NCBI RefSeq assembly: GCF_000023205.1
Contig: NC_012803.1
Location: forward strand, 1,680,001-1,712,000
DNA from: Micrococcus luteus NCTC 2665
GTDB taxonomy: Bacteria; Actinomycetota; Actinomycetes; Actinomycetales; Micrococcaceae
Length of the DNA: 32,000 nt
Reading direction: 5' to 3'
Shown: piece by piece, positions 1-8,167 of the stretch
Layout of the letters: every line of letters starts with the position of its first letter
Numbering within the stretch: position 1 is the first letter of the stretch
The notes under the pieces: generated by a model
The model's input: only the letters and a program-made list of their open reading frames with translations
Databases searched by the model: none
What the model was told of the DNA's origin: nothing
Made by a program: the position numbers and the translations under genes

Positions 1-1494
1 GCCGAGCGCGTCGACAACCGCTCGCAGCGCCCCGCCTCGAACGCCTTCCGCGACTTCATGGCCTCCGACTGGGCGCCCTCGTCGCAGGCCCTGCCCGACC
101 CCGACGCCTCTGCCCCGTACGCCGCCCGGCGGCGGGCCGCCGTGTCCGCGCGCTTCCCGGGCGAGCGGATCGTGGTGCCGGCCGGCCGCCTCAAGGTCCG
201 CTCGAACGACACCGACTACCGCTTCCGCGCGCACTCCGCGTTCGCCCACCTGACGGGCCTCGGCGTGGACCACGAGCCGGACGCCGTGCTCGTGCTCGAG
301 CCCACGGACCCGGGCGCCGGCGACGACGGCACGGACCACACCGCCACCCTGTACTTCCGTCCCCTGGCCGGCCGGGACACCGAGCAGTTCTACGCGGACT
401 CGCGCTCGGGCGAGTTCTGGATCGGCCCCCGTCCGACCCTGGCCGGCCTGGCCGCCCGCACGGGTCTGCGCACGGCGGGGCTCGAGGAGCTCGAGTCCGC
501 CATCACCAAGAACGTGGCCGCGGACGGCACCGCGGTGCGGCTGCTGGCCGAGACCGACCAGGACGTGGACGCGCTGCTGGCCGCCGTCCGGACCGAGGCC
601 GGCGTGGACCTGGCCGCCGCGGCCGAGGCCGACGCCCAGACCGCCGAGTTCCTCTCCGAGCTGCGCCTGGTCAAGGACGCGTGGGAGGTCGAGCGGATGC
701 GCGCCTCGGTGGCCGCCACGATCGCGGGCTTCGAGGACGTCGTGCGGGCCCTGCCGCGCGCCGTCGGCCACGACCGCGGCGAGCGCGTGGTCGAGGGCGC
801 CTTCTTCGCCCGCGCCCGCCTCGAGGGCAACGACCTGGGCTACGACACGATCGCGGCCTCCGGCAACAACGCCACGATCCTGCACTGGATCCGCAACACG
901 GGCGCCGTGCGCCCGGGTGAGCTGCTCCTGCTCGACGCCGGCGTCGAGGACGACTCCCTCTACACCGCGGACATCACCCGCACCCTGCCCGTGTCCGGCA
1001 CGTTCACGGACGTGCAGCGCCGCATCTACCAGGCGGTCCTCGACGCCGCGGACGCCGCCTTCGCGATCGTGCGCCCCGGCATCCGGTTCCGCGAGCTCCA
1101 CGCCGAGGCCATGCGGGTGCTCGTCGACCGCCTCGACGGCTGGGGCCTGCTGCCGGTCTCGGCCGAGGTCGCGCTCTCGGACGAGGGCCAGCACCACCGG
1201 CGCTGGATGCCCCACGGCACCTCGCACCACCTCGGCCTCGACGTGCACGACTGCGCGCAGGCCAAGCGCGAGCTCTACCTGGACGGCGTGCTCGAGCCGG
1301 GCATGGTCTTCACGATCGAGCCGGGTCTGTACTTCAAGGAGGAGGACCTGGCCGTGCCGGAGGATTACCGCGGCATCGGCGTGCGCATCGAGGACGACAT
1401 CCTCGTGACCGAGGACGGGGCCGAGAACCTCTCCGCGGTCCTCCCCCGCACCCCGGACGAGATCGAGGCCTGGATGGCGCGGCTCCAGGCGTGA
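1..1494 (+). CDS. Xaa-Pro aminopeptidase (aminopeptidase P, M24B family), probably 5'-truncated by the window edge
   Basis: ORF 58..1494. The same frame is open back to nt 1 (AERVDNRSQRPASNAFRDF precedes the first ATG), so the true start is probably upstream of the window. Pita-bread fold motifs are present: LLLLDAGVEDDSLYTADITRT, HGTSHHLGLDVHD, FTIEPGLY, GVRIEDDILVTEDG. Confidence 0.85.
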   Translation, partial: AERVDNRSQRPASNAFRDFMASDWAPSSQALPDPDASAPYAARRRAAVSARFPGERIVVPAGRLKVRSNDTDYRFRAHSAFAHLTGLGVDHEPDAVLVLEPTDPGAGDDGTDHTATLYFRPLAGRDTEQFYADSRSGEFWIGPRPTLAGLAARTGLRTAGLEELESAITKNVAADGTAVRLLAETDQDVDALLAAVRTEAGVDLAAAAEADAQTAEFLSELRLVKDAWEVERMRASVAATIAGFEDVVRALPRAVGHDRGERVVEGAFFARARLEGNDLGYDTIAASGNNATILHWIRNTGAVRPGELLLLDAGVEDDSLYTADITRTLPVSGTFTDVQRRIYQAVLDAADAAFAIVRPGIRFRELHAEAMRVLVDRLDGWGLLPVSAEVALSDEGQHHRRWMPHGTSHHLGLDVHDCAQAKRELYLDGVLEPGMVFTIEPGLYFKEEDLAVPEDYRGIGVRIEDDILVTEDGAENLSAVLPRTPDEIEAWMARLQA

Positions 1495-1514
1495 TCCGGC
1501 GCGGAGGGCGCCCC

Positions 1515-1520
1515 TAGGGT
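1515..1520 (+). promoter_or_regulatory. Predicted -10 box TAGGGT, 7 nt upstream of the PK-like ATG (leaderless)
   Basis: cccCTAGGGTtcggaccATG. No SD is present. Confidence 0.4.
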
Positions 1521-1527
1521 TCGGACC

Positions 1528-3333
1528 ATGGGTATCGACCTGACCACCGAGCTCACCGCCCTCCGCGACCGCCTCCTCTCCGCCGAGGCGGAGCACGCCG
1601 ACCTCATCTCCCGCGTCCGGGAGCGCCACCGGGCCTCGGCCCGGAACCTCGTGCACTACGTCGCCCTGCGCGGCACCGACCTGCGGCCCCTGCAGGAGGC
1701 GCTGAGCGACGCCGGACTGTCCTCTCTGGGCCGCATGGAGGCCGGCGTGCTGGGCCACGTGGACGCGGTGCTGGCCGCCGCCCGCGCGCTCGACGGCGAC
1801 CCCGCCCCCGCGCCCGAGGACGACGCCCTGACCTCCGCCGAGGGCCGCGCCATCCTCGCCCGCAACGCGGCGAGCCTGCTCGGTCCGGCCCGCGGCGACC
1901 GGGACGCGCGCATCATGGTGACCATGCCCTCCGAGGCCGCCACGGACCCGGAGCTCGTGGCCCGGATCGCCGAGGCCGGCATGGACCTGGCGCGCGTGAA
2001 CTGCGCCCACGACGACGAGCAGGCGTGGGCCGCCATGATCGCGGCGGTCCGCCGGTGCGCCGGTGCGGGCCGGCCCGCGCCCCTGGTCGCGATGGACCTG
2101 GCCGGGCCGAAGGTGCGCACGGGCCCCATCGAGCCGGGACCGCGCGTCGTGAAGGTGAAGCCCGCCCGGGACCTCTCCGGGACCGTCACCGAGCCCTCCC
2201 GCGTGTGGCTCACCGCCGGGACCCATGACGCCGTGGCCGCGGCTCACGGGCCGGAGGGCGCCGTCGTCGTGCCGCTGGCGGCCCCGGAGGGGACGACCCT
2301 GGCGGGCCTGCAGCGCGGCGACGAGATCGAGCTGACCGACGCGCGTGGTGCACACCGCAGGCTGGAGGTCGAGCAGGTGGACGGCGAGGGCGTGCTCGTG
2401 CAGGCGGACAAGACGGTCTACTGGGCGACGGGCACGGCGCTGACGACGCCGCACGGGCCGCTCGAGGTCGGGCCGCTGCCCCCGCTCGAGCAGTCCATGC
2501 GCGTGCACGAGGGCGAGGAGATCGTGCTGGCCCGCTCGCTCGAGCCGGTCCCCGCGGTCGACACGCCGCCCTACCGGATCGGCCTCACCCTGGCGCAGGC
2601 GTTCGCGGATGCGGCGGTCGGCGACCGGGTCTCCCTCGACGACGGACGGATCGGCGCGCGGATCACAGCGGTGTCCGCCGACGAGATCACCCTCGAGGTG
2701 ACCCAGGCCGGCCCTCGCGGGGCGAAGCTCAAGGCGGAGAAGGGCGTGAACTTCCCGGACACGTACCTGGCCATCCCGGCCCTCACGGACGAGGACCTCG
2801 CCCACATCCCGTTCGCGGCCCGCCACGCGGACATGGTGAACATGTCCTTCGTCCGCTCGGCCGAGGACGTGGCCCAGCTGATCGACGCGCTCGAGGCCGA
2901 GGACGCACCGGACGTGGACATCACGCTGAAGATCGAGACGGTGGAGGCCTTCCGGCAGCTGCCGCGGATGCTGCTCGAGGCGATGCGCTGGCGGGACGTC
3001 GGGGTGATGATCGCCCGTGGCGACCTGGCGGTGGAGGCCGGCTTCGCACGGATGGCCGAGCTGCAGGAGGAGATCCTGTGGCTGTGCGAGGCGGCGCACG
3101 TGCCCGCGATCTGGGCCACCCAGGTCCTCGAGTCCCTCGCCAAGACCGGCCTGCCCTCACGGGCGGAGATCACGGACGCCGCGATGGCGCAGCGGGCCGA
3201 GGCCGCGATGCTGAACAAGGGCCCGTACATCGACCGCGCCGTCACCGTCCTCGGCGACATCCTGGGCCGGATGCACGGTCATGCGAGCAAGAAGCGCGAC
3301 ATGCTCCGGCGGCTCGAGTCCTGGTCCCTCTGA
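1528..3333 (+). CDS. Pyruvate kinase-like protein (divergent, 601 aa, no C-terminal allosteric domain)
   Basis: PK A-domain motifs occur in canonical order: IMVTMPS, ARVNCAHD (vs NFSHG), AMDLAGPKVRTG, MSFVRSAEDV, KIETVEA, IARGDLAVE, ATQVLESL, RAEITDAA. There is a ~115-aa N-terminal helical extension, and the lid (B) domain between GPKVRTG and MSFVR is enlarged. Confidence 0.8.
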   Translation: MGIDLTTELTALRDRLLSAEAEHADLISRVRERHRASARNLVHYVALRGTDLRPLQEALSDAGLSSLGRMEAGVLGHVDAVLAAARALDGDPAPAPEDDALTSAEGRAILARNAASLLGPARGDRDARIMVTMPSEAATDPELVARIAEAGMDLARVNCAHDDEQAWAAMIAAVRRCAGAGRPAPLVAMDLAGPKVRTGPIEPGPRVVKVKPARDLSGTVTEPSRVWLTAGTHDAVAAAHGPEGAVVVPLAAPEGTTLAGLQRGDEIELTDARGAHRRLEVEQVDGEGVLVQADKTVYWATGTALTTPHGPLEVGPLPPLEQSMRVHEGEEIVLARSLEPVPAVDTPPYRIGLTLAQAFADAAVGDRVSLDDGRIGARITAVSADEITLEVTQAGPRGAKLKAEKGVNFPDTYLAIPALTDEDLAHIPFAARHADMVNMSFVRSAEDVAQLIDALEAEDAPDVDITLKIETVEAFRQLPRMLLEAMRWRDVGVMIARGDLAVEAGFARMAELQEEILWLCEAAHVPAIWATQVLESLAKTGLPSRAEITDAAMAQRAEAAMLNKGPYIDRAVTVLGDILGRMHGHASKKRDMLRRLESWSL

Positions 3334-3339
3334 CGGGGC

Positions 3340-4116
3340 TCAGCCGCGCGGCTCGTCCTGGGGCCGGGGCGGGTGGCCGCCGCGCGCCTCGATGAGCTTG
3401 GCGACCTCCTCCGGGGGCAGGGTCACGCCGTAGGAGCGGTCCAGGCCGGTGGGCGCGGGGTCCGCCTCCGGGACGGGCCGGGCCGGCGCCTCGGGTCCGC
3501 CGGGAGCGGGCGCCGCGTGGGACCCGCCCGACGACGGCGCGGCGGCCGGGGTGGCCTGCACGGACCCGCCCCCGGCCTCCTCCGCGGCGGGGGCGGGCGC
3601 CGGCTGCGGGGCCGGCTGCGGCGTCGGGGCCGCGGCACCGCCCAGGCCCAGCTCCTGGCGGGCGCGGGCGGCGTGGTCGAACGCGACCACGAGGTCGAAG
3701 GCCGTCGGCACGACGGCCTGCGAGGACGCGAAGCCGTGCTGGCCCCGACGCATCGCGAAGCCGATCACGCCGAAGATCAGCCACACCGCCAGGCCCAGCA
3801 GCATGGAGGTGAGGATCTGCCCCGGGCCGGCCTCGGGGGCCAGCAGGTAGAGGAACATGCCGATCAGTCCGCCGAAGAACACGCCGCGCACACCCGCGGA
3901 CAACGCCACCTGGGCGTAGTTCAGCCGGCCGCGCACCCGCTCCACGACCCGCAGGTCCTTGCCCACGATCGACACGGCGCTCACGGGGAAGTCCGTGGCG
4001 GCGAGGCGGTCCACCTGCTCGCGCGCCTGCGCGTAGGTGGCGTAGGTGGCCAGCAGCTCTCCGCGGGGCAGGCCCTGCTCGGCGCCGGGCTGAGGGTTGG
4101 ACATCATGAACGACAT
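3340..4116 (-). CDS. Conserved actinobacterial membrane protein (YflT/general-stress-17M-like N-domain, 2 TM, Pro/Ala-rich tail)
   Basis: ORF 3340..4116. The N-terminus is ATYATYAQAREQVDRLAATDFPVSAVSIVGKDLRVVERV. Two hydrophobic helices follow (VFFGGLIGMFLYLL, LLGLAVWLIFGVIGF), then a low-complexity PAPQPAPAPAA tail. The gene is divergent from the MgtE-like gene. Coding is well supported; the product name is tentative. Confidence 0.7.
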   Translation of the reverse strand: MSFMMSNPQPGAEQGLPRGELLATYATYAQAREQVDRLAATDFPVSAVSIVGKDLRVVERVRGRLNYAQVALSAGVRGVFFGGLIGMFLYLLAPEAGPGQILTSMLLGLAVWLIFGVIGFAMRRGQHGFASSQAVVPTAFDLVVAFDHAARARQELGLGGAAAPTPQPAPQPAPAPAAEEAGGGSVQATPAAAPSSGGSHAAPAPGGPEAPARPVPEADPAPTGLDRSYGVTLPPEEVAKLIEARGGHPPRPQDEPRG

Positions 4117-4196
4117 GGACCCATTGTGCCCGGCCCGGCGCCCGGGCGGGCGGCGGTCCGCCGTACGCGGACACGGAGCCGCGGTCCGGCACGCCG

Positions 4197-4202
4197 TAGG
4201 CT
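4197..4202 (+). promoter_or_regulatory. Predicted -10 box TAGGCT, 6 nt upstream of the MgtE-N/CBS GTG (leaderless)
   Basis: gccgTAGGCTgggtcgGTG. No SD is present. Confidence 0.45.
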
Positions 4203-4208
4203 GGGTCG

Positions 4209-5477
4209 GTGAGCTCCCCCAAGATCTTCGTGGCCCGCCTGCTGGGCCTGGACGTCTTCGACCCCCTCGGCGACCGCCTGGGACGGCTGCGCGACGTCGT
4301 CGTGCTGGACCGCGGCCCCGCCGCAGCCCCGTTCGCCACCGGCCTCGTGATCGAGGTCCCCGGCAAGAAGCGCGTCTTCGTCCCGATGACGCGGGTGACG
4401 TCCATGGACTCGGGCCGGATCATCACGACCGGGCTGATCAACCTGCGCCGGTTCTCCCGCCGTGGCGCCGAGCAGATGGTGGCCGCCGACCTCTTCGACC
4501 GGAAGGTGCGCCTCTCCGACGGGTCGGGCGAGGCCTTCCTGGAGGACATCGGGCTGGAGCAGCAGCGCAACGGCGACTGGCTGGTCTCGGACCTGTACGT
4601 GCGCCGCATCGTCGGCCGCGGCCCCTTCGGCCGCGCCCAGCGGGGCGAGCACCTCCTGCTGAACTGGGACGAGGCCCGCTGGACGGCGCAGGCCGACCCG
4701 CAGGGGGCCACGAGCTTCCTCGCCGCGCACGAGGACCTCAAGCCCGCCGACCTGGCGGACATGCTCCACGACATGTCGGAGAAGCGCCGCGTCGAGGTCG
4801 CCAGGGAGCTGCAGAACGAACGCCTCGCGGACGTGCTCCAGGAGCTGCCCGACGACGACCAGGTGCAGATCCTCTCCCAGCTGGACATCGACCGCGCCGC
4901 CGACGTCCTGGAGGAGATGGACCCGGACGACGCGGCGGACCTGCTCCACGAGCTGCCCGACTCCCAGCAGGAGCTGCTGCTCGAACGCATGGAGCCGGAG
5001 GACGCCGAGGACGTCCGGCGCCTGCTCGAGTACGAGGAGGGCACGGCGGGCTCGCTCATGACCCCCGTGCCGGTCATCCTCCCCCCGGAGGCCACCGTGG
5101 CCGAGGCCATGGCGACCATCCGACAGCAGGAGATCTCCCCCGCGCTGGCCTCGCTCGTGATCGTGGCCCGGCCGCCGTTGGAGACGCCGACGGGCCGGTT
5201 CCTCGGCGTCGTCCACTTCCAGCGCCTGCTGCGGTACCCGCCGCCGGAGGCGATCGGCAACATCATGGACAAGGACCTCGAGGCCGTCTCGGACCTCGCC
5301 CCCATCGCCCACGTGACCCGCGAGCTCGCGACCTACAACCTCACGTGCATCCCCGTGGTGAACGAGCAGGACCGCGTCGTCGGGGCCGTGAGCGTGGACG
5401 ACCTGCTCGACCACATCCTGCCCGACGACTGGCGGGCCATGGACCTCGACGACGCCGAGACCCGCCCCGCAACCTGA
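4209..5477 (+). CDS. Soluble MgtE-N-domain / CBS-pair protein (PRC-barrel-like N-terminus, no transmembrane domain)
   Basis: GTG start at 4209. Acidic helical MgtE_N-like repeats are present (DLADMLHDMSEKRRVEVARELQNERLADVLQELPDDDQVQIL...DVLEEMDPDDAADLLHELP), followed by two CBS modules (GSLMTPVPVILPPEATVAEAMATI; LTCIPVVNEQDRVVGAVSVDDLLDHI). The protein ends right after CBS2. Confidence 0.85.
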   Translation: MSSPKIFVARLLGLDVFDPLGDRLGRLRDVVVLDRGPAAAPFATGLVIEVPGKKRVFVPMTRVTSMDSGRIITTGLINLRRFSRRGAEQMVAADLFDRKVRLSDGSGEAFLEDIGLEQQRNGDWLVSDLYVRRIVGRGPFGRAQRGEHLLLNWDEARWTAQADPQGATSFLAAHEDLKPADLADMLHDMSEKRRVEVARELQNERLADVLQELPDDDQVQILSQLDIDRAADVLEEMDPDDAADLLHELPDSQQELLLERMEPEDAEDVRRLLEYEEGTAGSLMTPVPVILPPEATVAEAMATIRQQEISPALASLVIVARPPLETPTGRFLGVVHFQRLLRYPPPEAIGNIMDKDLEAVSDLAPIAHVTRELATYNLTCIPVVNEQDRVVGAVSVDDLLDHILPDDWRAMDLDDAETRPAT

Positions 5478-5516
5478 CCCCGCGGCCCGCCGCCGCACGA
5501 CACCGGAGGTGTGAGC

Positions 5517-6305
5517 ATGACCCAGACCGCGCGAGACCTGCGCCCGGGCCGCGGCACCGGCCTGGACACCCCGCTGAGCGCCAGCGGGCGCCGCGTGCCC
5601 CGGCTGGCCCCGAACCCGGACGCCTTCGGCGAGGCCACCGAGGGCATCGCCCGCTTCATGGGCACCCCGCAGTTCCTCGTCTGGATGACGCTGTTCTGCG
5701 CCGCCTGGCTGGGCTGGAACACGTTCGGCCCGATGGCGTGGCGGTTCGACTCCGCCGAGCTCGGCTTCACCGCGCTCACGCTCATGCTCTCCCTCCAGGC
5801 GTCCTACGCCGCACCCCTGCTCCTGCTGGCGCAGAACCGCCAGGACGACCGGGACAGGGTCGCGCTGCGCGAGGACCGTGACCGCGCCGAGCGCAACCTC
5901 GCCGACACCGAGTTCCTCACCCGCGAGATCGCCGGTCTGCGGCTGGCCGTCCAGGAGGTCGCCACGCGCGACTTCGTGCGCGGCGAGCTGCGCGGCGTCC
6001 AGGACGACCTCAGGGACGACCTCCGCGAGGCGCTGCGCGCCGAGCTGCGGGAGGAGATCCGGGAGGAGATCCGGGAGGAGCTGCGCGCCGGCCTCCCGGG
6101 CGCCGAGGCCCAGCCCCGCAAGAACAAGAAGACCAAGGGCCGCGGCCGGGATGCGCGGCGCGGCGACGCCGGCGCCGAGCCCACGACCACCACGCTCGCC
6201 ACCCTCGCGGCGCAGGAGGCCCAGGAGGCCCGCGAGGCCGGGGGGTCCGGTCCGGTGACCGGCCCCGCCGGCGGTGCGGGCCCGGTGGACGGGGGCGGCC
6301 GATGA
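5517..6305 (+). CDS. DUF1003 family membrane protein
   Basis: ATG 5517 lies 7 nt after GGAGG (5505..5509); the GTG at 5511 is too close to that SD. DUF1003-type core: FMGTPQFLVWMTLFCAAWLGWN...LTLMLSLQASYAAPLLLLAQNRQDDRDR. The C-terminus is a charged coiled-coil-like tail. The stop overlaps the mrp start (ATGA). Confidence 0.85.
   Translation: MTQTARDLRPGRGTGLDTPLSASGRRVPRLAPNPDAFGEATEGIARFMGTPQFLVWMTLFCAAWLGWNTFGPMAWRFDSAELGFTALTLMLSLQASYAAPLLLLAQNRQDDRDRVALREDRDRAERNLADTEFLTREIAGLRLAVQEVATRDFVRGELRGVQDDLRDDLREALRAELREEIREEIREELRAGLPGAEAQPRKNKKTKGRGRDARRGDAGAEPTTTTLATLAAQEAQEAREAGGSGPVTGPAGGAGPVDGGGR
6048..6080 (+). repeat. In-frame 12-bp tandem repeat (CGGGAGGAGATC x2 plus a partial third unit) inside the DUF1003 gene
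   Basis: Read directly: cgggaggagatc cgggaggagatc cgggaggag, encoding the REEIREEIREE part of the charged tail. Confidence 0.8.
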
Positions 6306-7450
6306 GCGCCCTGGGCCTGCCCGTGCCCGAGGTCCGCACCGACCTCGAGCGCCGGGTGCTGGAGCGGCTCGCCACGGTCCAGGACCCCGAGATCCGCCGC
6401 CCGATCACCGACCTCGGCATGGTGGAGTCGGTCGTGGAGACCGCCCCGGGCGTCGTCGAGGTCGCGGTGCTGCTCACGATCGCCGCGTGCCCCCTGCGCG
6501 GGACGATCCAGACGGACGTGGCCGCCGCCGTCGCCGACGTACCCGGCTGCGGGTCCGTGGACGTCCGCGTCGGGGTGATGGAGCCCGAGCGCCGCCTGGC
6601 GCTGCAGGACGCCCTGCGCGCGGCCCGGCCGACGAACCCGTTCGGGAAGGACACGCTCACGCGCGTCCTCGCGGTGGCCTCGGGCAAGGGCGGCGTGGGC
6701 AAGTCCTCGGTCACGGCCAACCTCGCGGTCGCGCTCGCCGCGCGCGGACTCGCCGTCGGCCTGATCGACGCGGACGTGCACGGCTACTCCATCCCCGGGC
6801 TCCTGGGCGTGACCGGCACCCCGACGAAGCTGGACCGGATGATCCTGCCCCCCGTGGTGCGGGACGTGAAGGTCATCTCGATCGGCATGTTCCTCGACGC
6901 GGACCGGCCGGTGGCCTGGCGCGGGCCGATGCTGCACCGCGCGCTCGAACAGTTCGTCACGGACGTGCACTGGGGCGACCTGGACGTCCTGCTCGTGGAC
7001 CTGCCCCCGGGCACCGGGGACATCGCGATCTCGACGGCGCAGCTGCTGCCCGCCTCGGAGCTGCTCGTGGTGACCACGCCGCAGCACGCCGCCGCGCAGG
7101 TGGCCGCGCGCGCCGGTCAGCTGGCGGAGCAGACGGGCCAGACCGTGGCCGGCGTCGTGGAGAACATGGGGCCGATGACCCTGCCGGACGGCACCGTGCT
7201 GGATGTGTTCGGGACCGGCGGCGGCGCCGAGGTGGCGGAGCGGCTGTCCGGGGTGCTGGACACTCAGGTGCCGCTGCTGGGCACCGTACCCCTGGACCCG
7301 GCGCTGCGGGCGGGCGGCGACGTCGGCGAACCCGTGGTGGTGTCCGCCCCGGAGAGCCCCGCGGGCCGGGCGCTGACGCAGATCGCGCAACGGGTGGCCG
7401 TGCGGCCGCGCGGGCTGGCCGGGCGGCCCCTGCCGTTCACCCCTCGCTGA
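6302..7450 (+). CDS. mrp: Mrp/ApbC/NBP35-family P-loop ATPase (Fe-S cluster carrier homologue) with N-terminal DUF59-like domain
   Basis: Deviant Walker A SGKGGVGKSS. DUF59-like N-terminus (ITDLGMVESV...TIAACP). ParA/MinD-like DLPPGTGD. The ATGA overlap with the DUF1003 stop suggests translational coupling. Confidence 0.9.
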   Translation: MSALGLPVPEVRTDLERRVLERLATVQDPEIRRPITDLGMVESVVETAPGVVEVAVLLTIAACPLRGTIQTDVAAAVADVPGCGSVDVRVGVMEPERRLALQDALRAARPTNPFGKDTLTRVLAVASGKGGVGKSSVTANLAVALAARGLAVGLIDADVHGYSIPGLLGVTGTPTKLDRMILPPVVRDVKVISIGMFLDADRPVAWRGPMLHRALEQFVTDVHWGDLDVLLVDLPPGTGDIAISTAQLLPASELLVVTTPQHAAAQVAARAGQLAEQTGQTVAGVVENMGPMTLPDGTVLDVFGTGGGAEVAERLSGVLDTQVPLLGTVPLDPALRAGGDVGEPVVVSAPESPAGRALTQIAQRVAVRPRGLAGRPLPFTPR

Positions 7451-7454
7451 CCTC

Positions 7455-7481
7455 GGGGGCCGGCGCCCCGGCCGGGCCCCC
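7455..7481. terminator. GC-rich imperfect hairpin between convergent mrp and tatB
   Basis: gggggcc(7455-7461)/ggccccc(7475-7481) plus an inner ggc/gcc pairing with one bulge and a 6-nt loop. There is no U-tract. Confidence 0.35.
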
Positions 7482-7498
7482 CGACGCGCGCGACGGCG

Positions 7499-8107
7499 TC
7501 AGGTCGCGTCGACGTCGAAGGGGGCGGGCGCCAGCCCGAGCAGCTCGAGGGGGTCCGGTGCGGTCTCCACGGCGGCAGGACGCTCCTCGGCGAGGGCCTC
7601 GGCGCGGCCGGAGGCCATCAGGGCTGCGGCGGCACCGCCCACGGCGGCCGCCCCCGCAGCGGGCGCGGTGGACGGGGCCTGTGCGGCTGTGCCGGACTCC
7701 GCGGCGGCGGTGCTGCCGGCCCCGGCGGGGCGGCGGAAGAGCGTGCGCGGATCCATGTCCGCCAGGTCTTGGCGGGTGAGGCCACCGTGCACGTCCTCGG
7801 CGCTGACGCCCGTCGCCTGCGCCGCCCGGGACGCGGGCGTGGACGGGCCACCGGCGGGCTCGCGGAGCGCGTCGCGGATGATGCGGCGCGGGTCGTACTG
7901 GCGGGGGTCGTACTTGCGCCAGTCCACCTCGTCGAAGTCCGTGCCGGTCTCCTCCTTGAACTGCGCCTTGGCACCCTCGGCCTTGCCGCGCATGACGCGC
8001 AGCCAGTCGGTGAAGGCGCGCGTGTACTCGGGGAGCCTCTCCGGCCCGAGGATGACGATTGCGAGCACCGCCAAGATGATGAACTCGCTGCCGTTGATAC
8101 CAAACAC
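7499..8107 (-). CDS. tatB: Sec-independent (twin-arginine) translocase subunit TatB
   Basis: The N-terminus from GTG 8107 reads (V)FGINGSEFIILAVLAIVILGPERLPEY, the canonical TatA/B TM plus hinge, followed by an amphipathic helix and an Ala/Pro-rich tail. The upstream GTG at 8140 would add a non-conserved Arg-rich extension. Confidence 0.85.
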   Translation of the reverse strand: MFGINGSEFIILAVLAIVILGPERLPEYTRAFTDWLRVMRGKAEGAKAQFKEETGTDFDEVDWRKYDPRQYDPRRIIRDALREPAGGPSTPASRAAQATGVSAEDVHGGLTRQDLADMDPRTLFRRPAGAGSTAAAESGTAAQAPSTAPAAGAAAVGGAAAALMASGRAEALAEERPAAVETAPDPLELLGLAPAPFDVDAT

Positions 8108-8114
8108 CCTCCGA

Positions 8115-8120
8115 ACTCTA
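8115..8120 (-). promoter_or_regulatory. Predicted -10 box TAGAGT, 7 nt upstream of the tatB GTG (leaderless transcript predicted)
   Basis: The minus strand reads TAGAGT-tcggagg-GTG. It matches the actinobacterial TANNNT -10 at leaderless spacing. Confidence 0.4.
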
Positions 8121-8167
8121 CTAGAGCGGCACCGCCCCACAGCCCGGAGCCGCGGGGACGGGGTGGC

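Noticed and set aside
3334-3356. 12-bp palindrome AGCCGCGCGGCT at the 6-bp junction of the convergent PK-like and YflT-like genes.
   Set aside because: It lies within the coding 3' end of the minus-strand gene, has no loop, and could form at most a 4-bp stem. It is likely incidental.
3242-5305. Very long ORFs overlapping or antisense to annotated genes. Examples: 3242..5305 (-), 4097..5881 (+), 5804..7390 (-), 6274..7779 (+), 7769..9979 (+), 16192..18567 (-), 21614..24295 (+), 23968..26115 (-), 28732..30756 (+).
   Set aside because: Their translations are monotonous Arg/Pro/Gly/Ala strings with no recognisable motifs. Each overlaps a frame that carries clear family signatures. Stop codons are rare in off-frames of DNA this GC-rich, so long shadow ORFs are expected.
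6048-6080. The 12-bp tandem repeat and other short repeats, considered as a possible CRISPR or minisatellite locus.
   Set aside because: The repeat is in-frame coding inside the DUF1003 charged tail (REEIREEI), has only 2.7 units and has no spacers.
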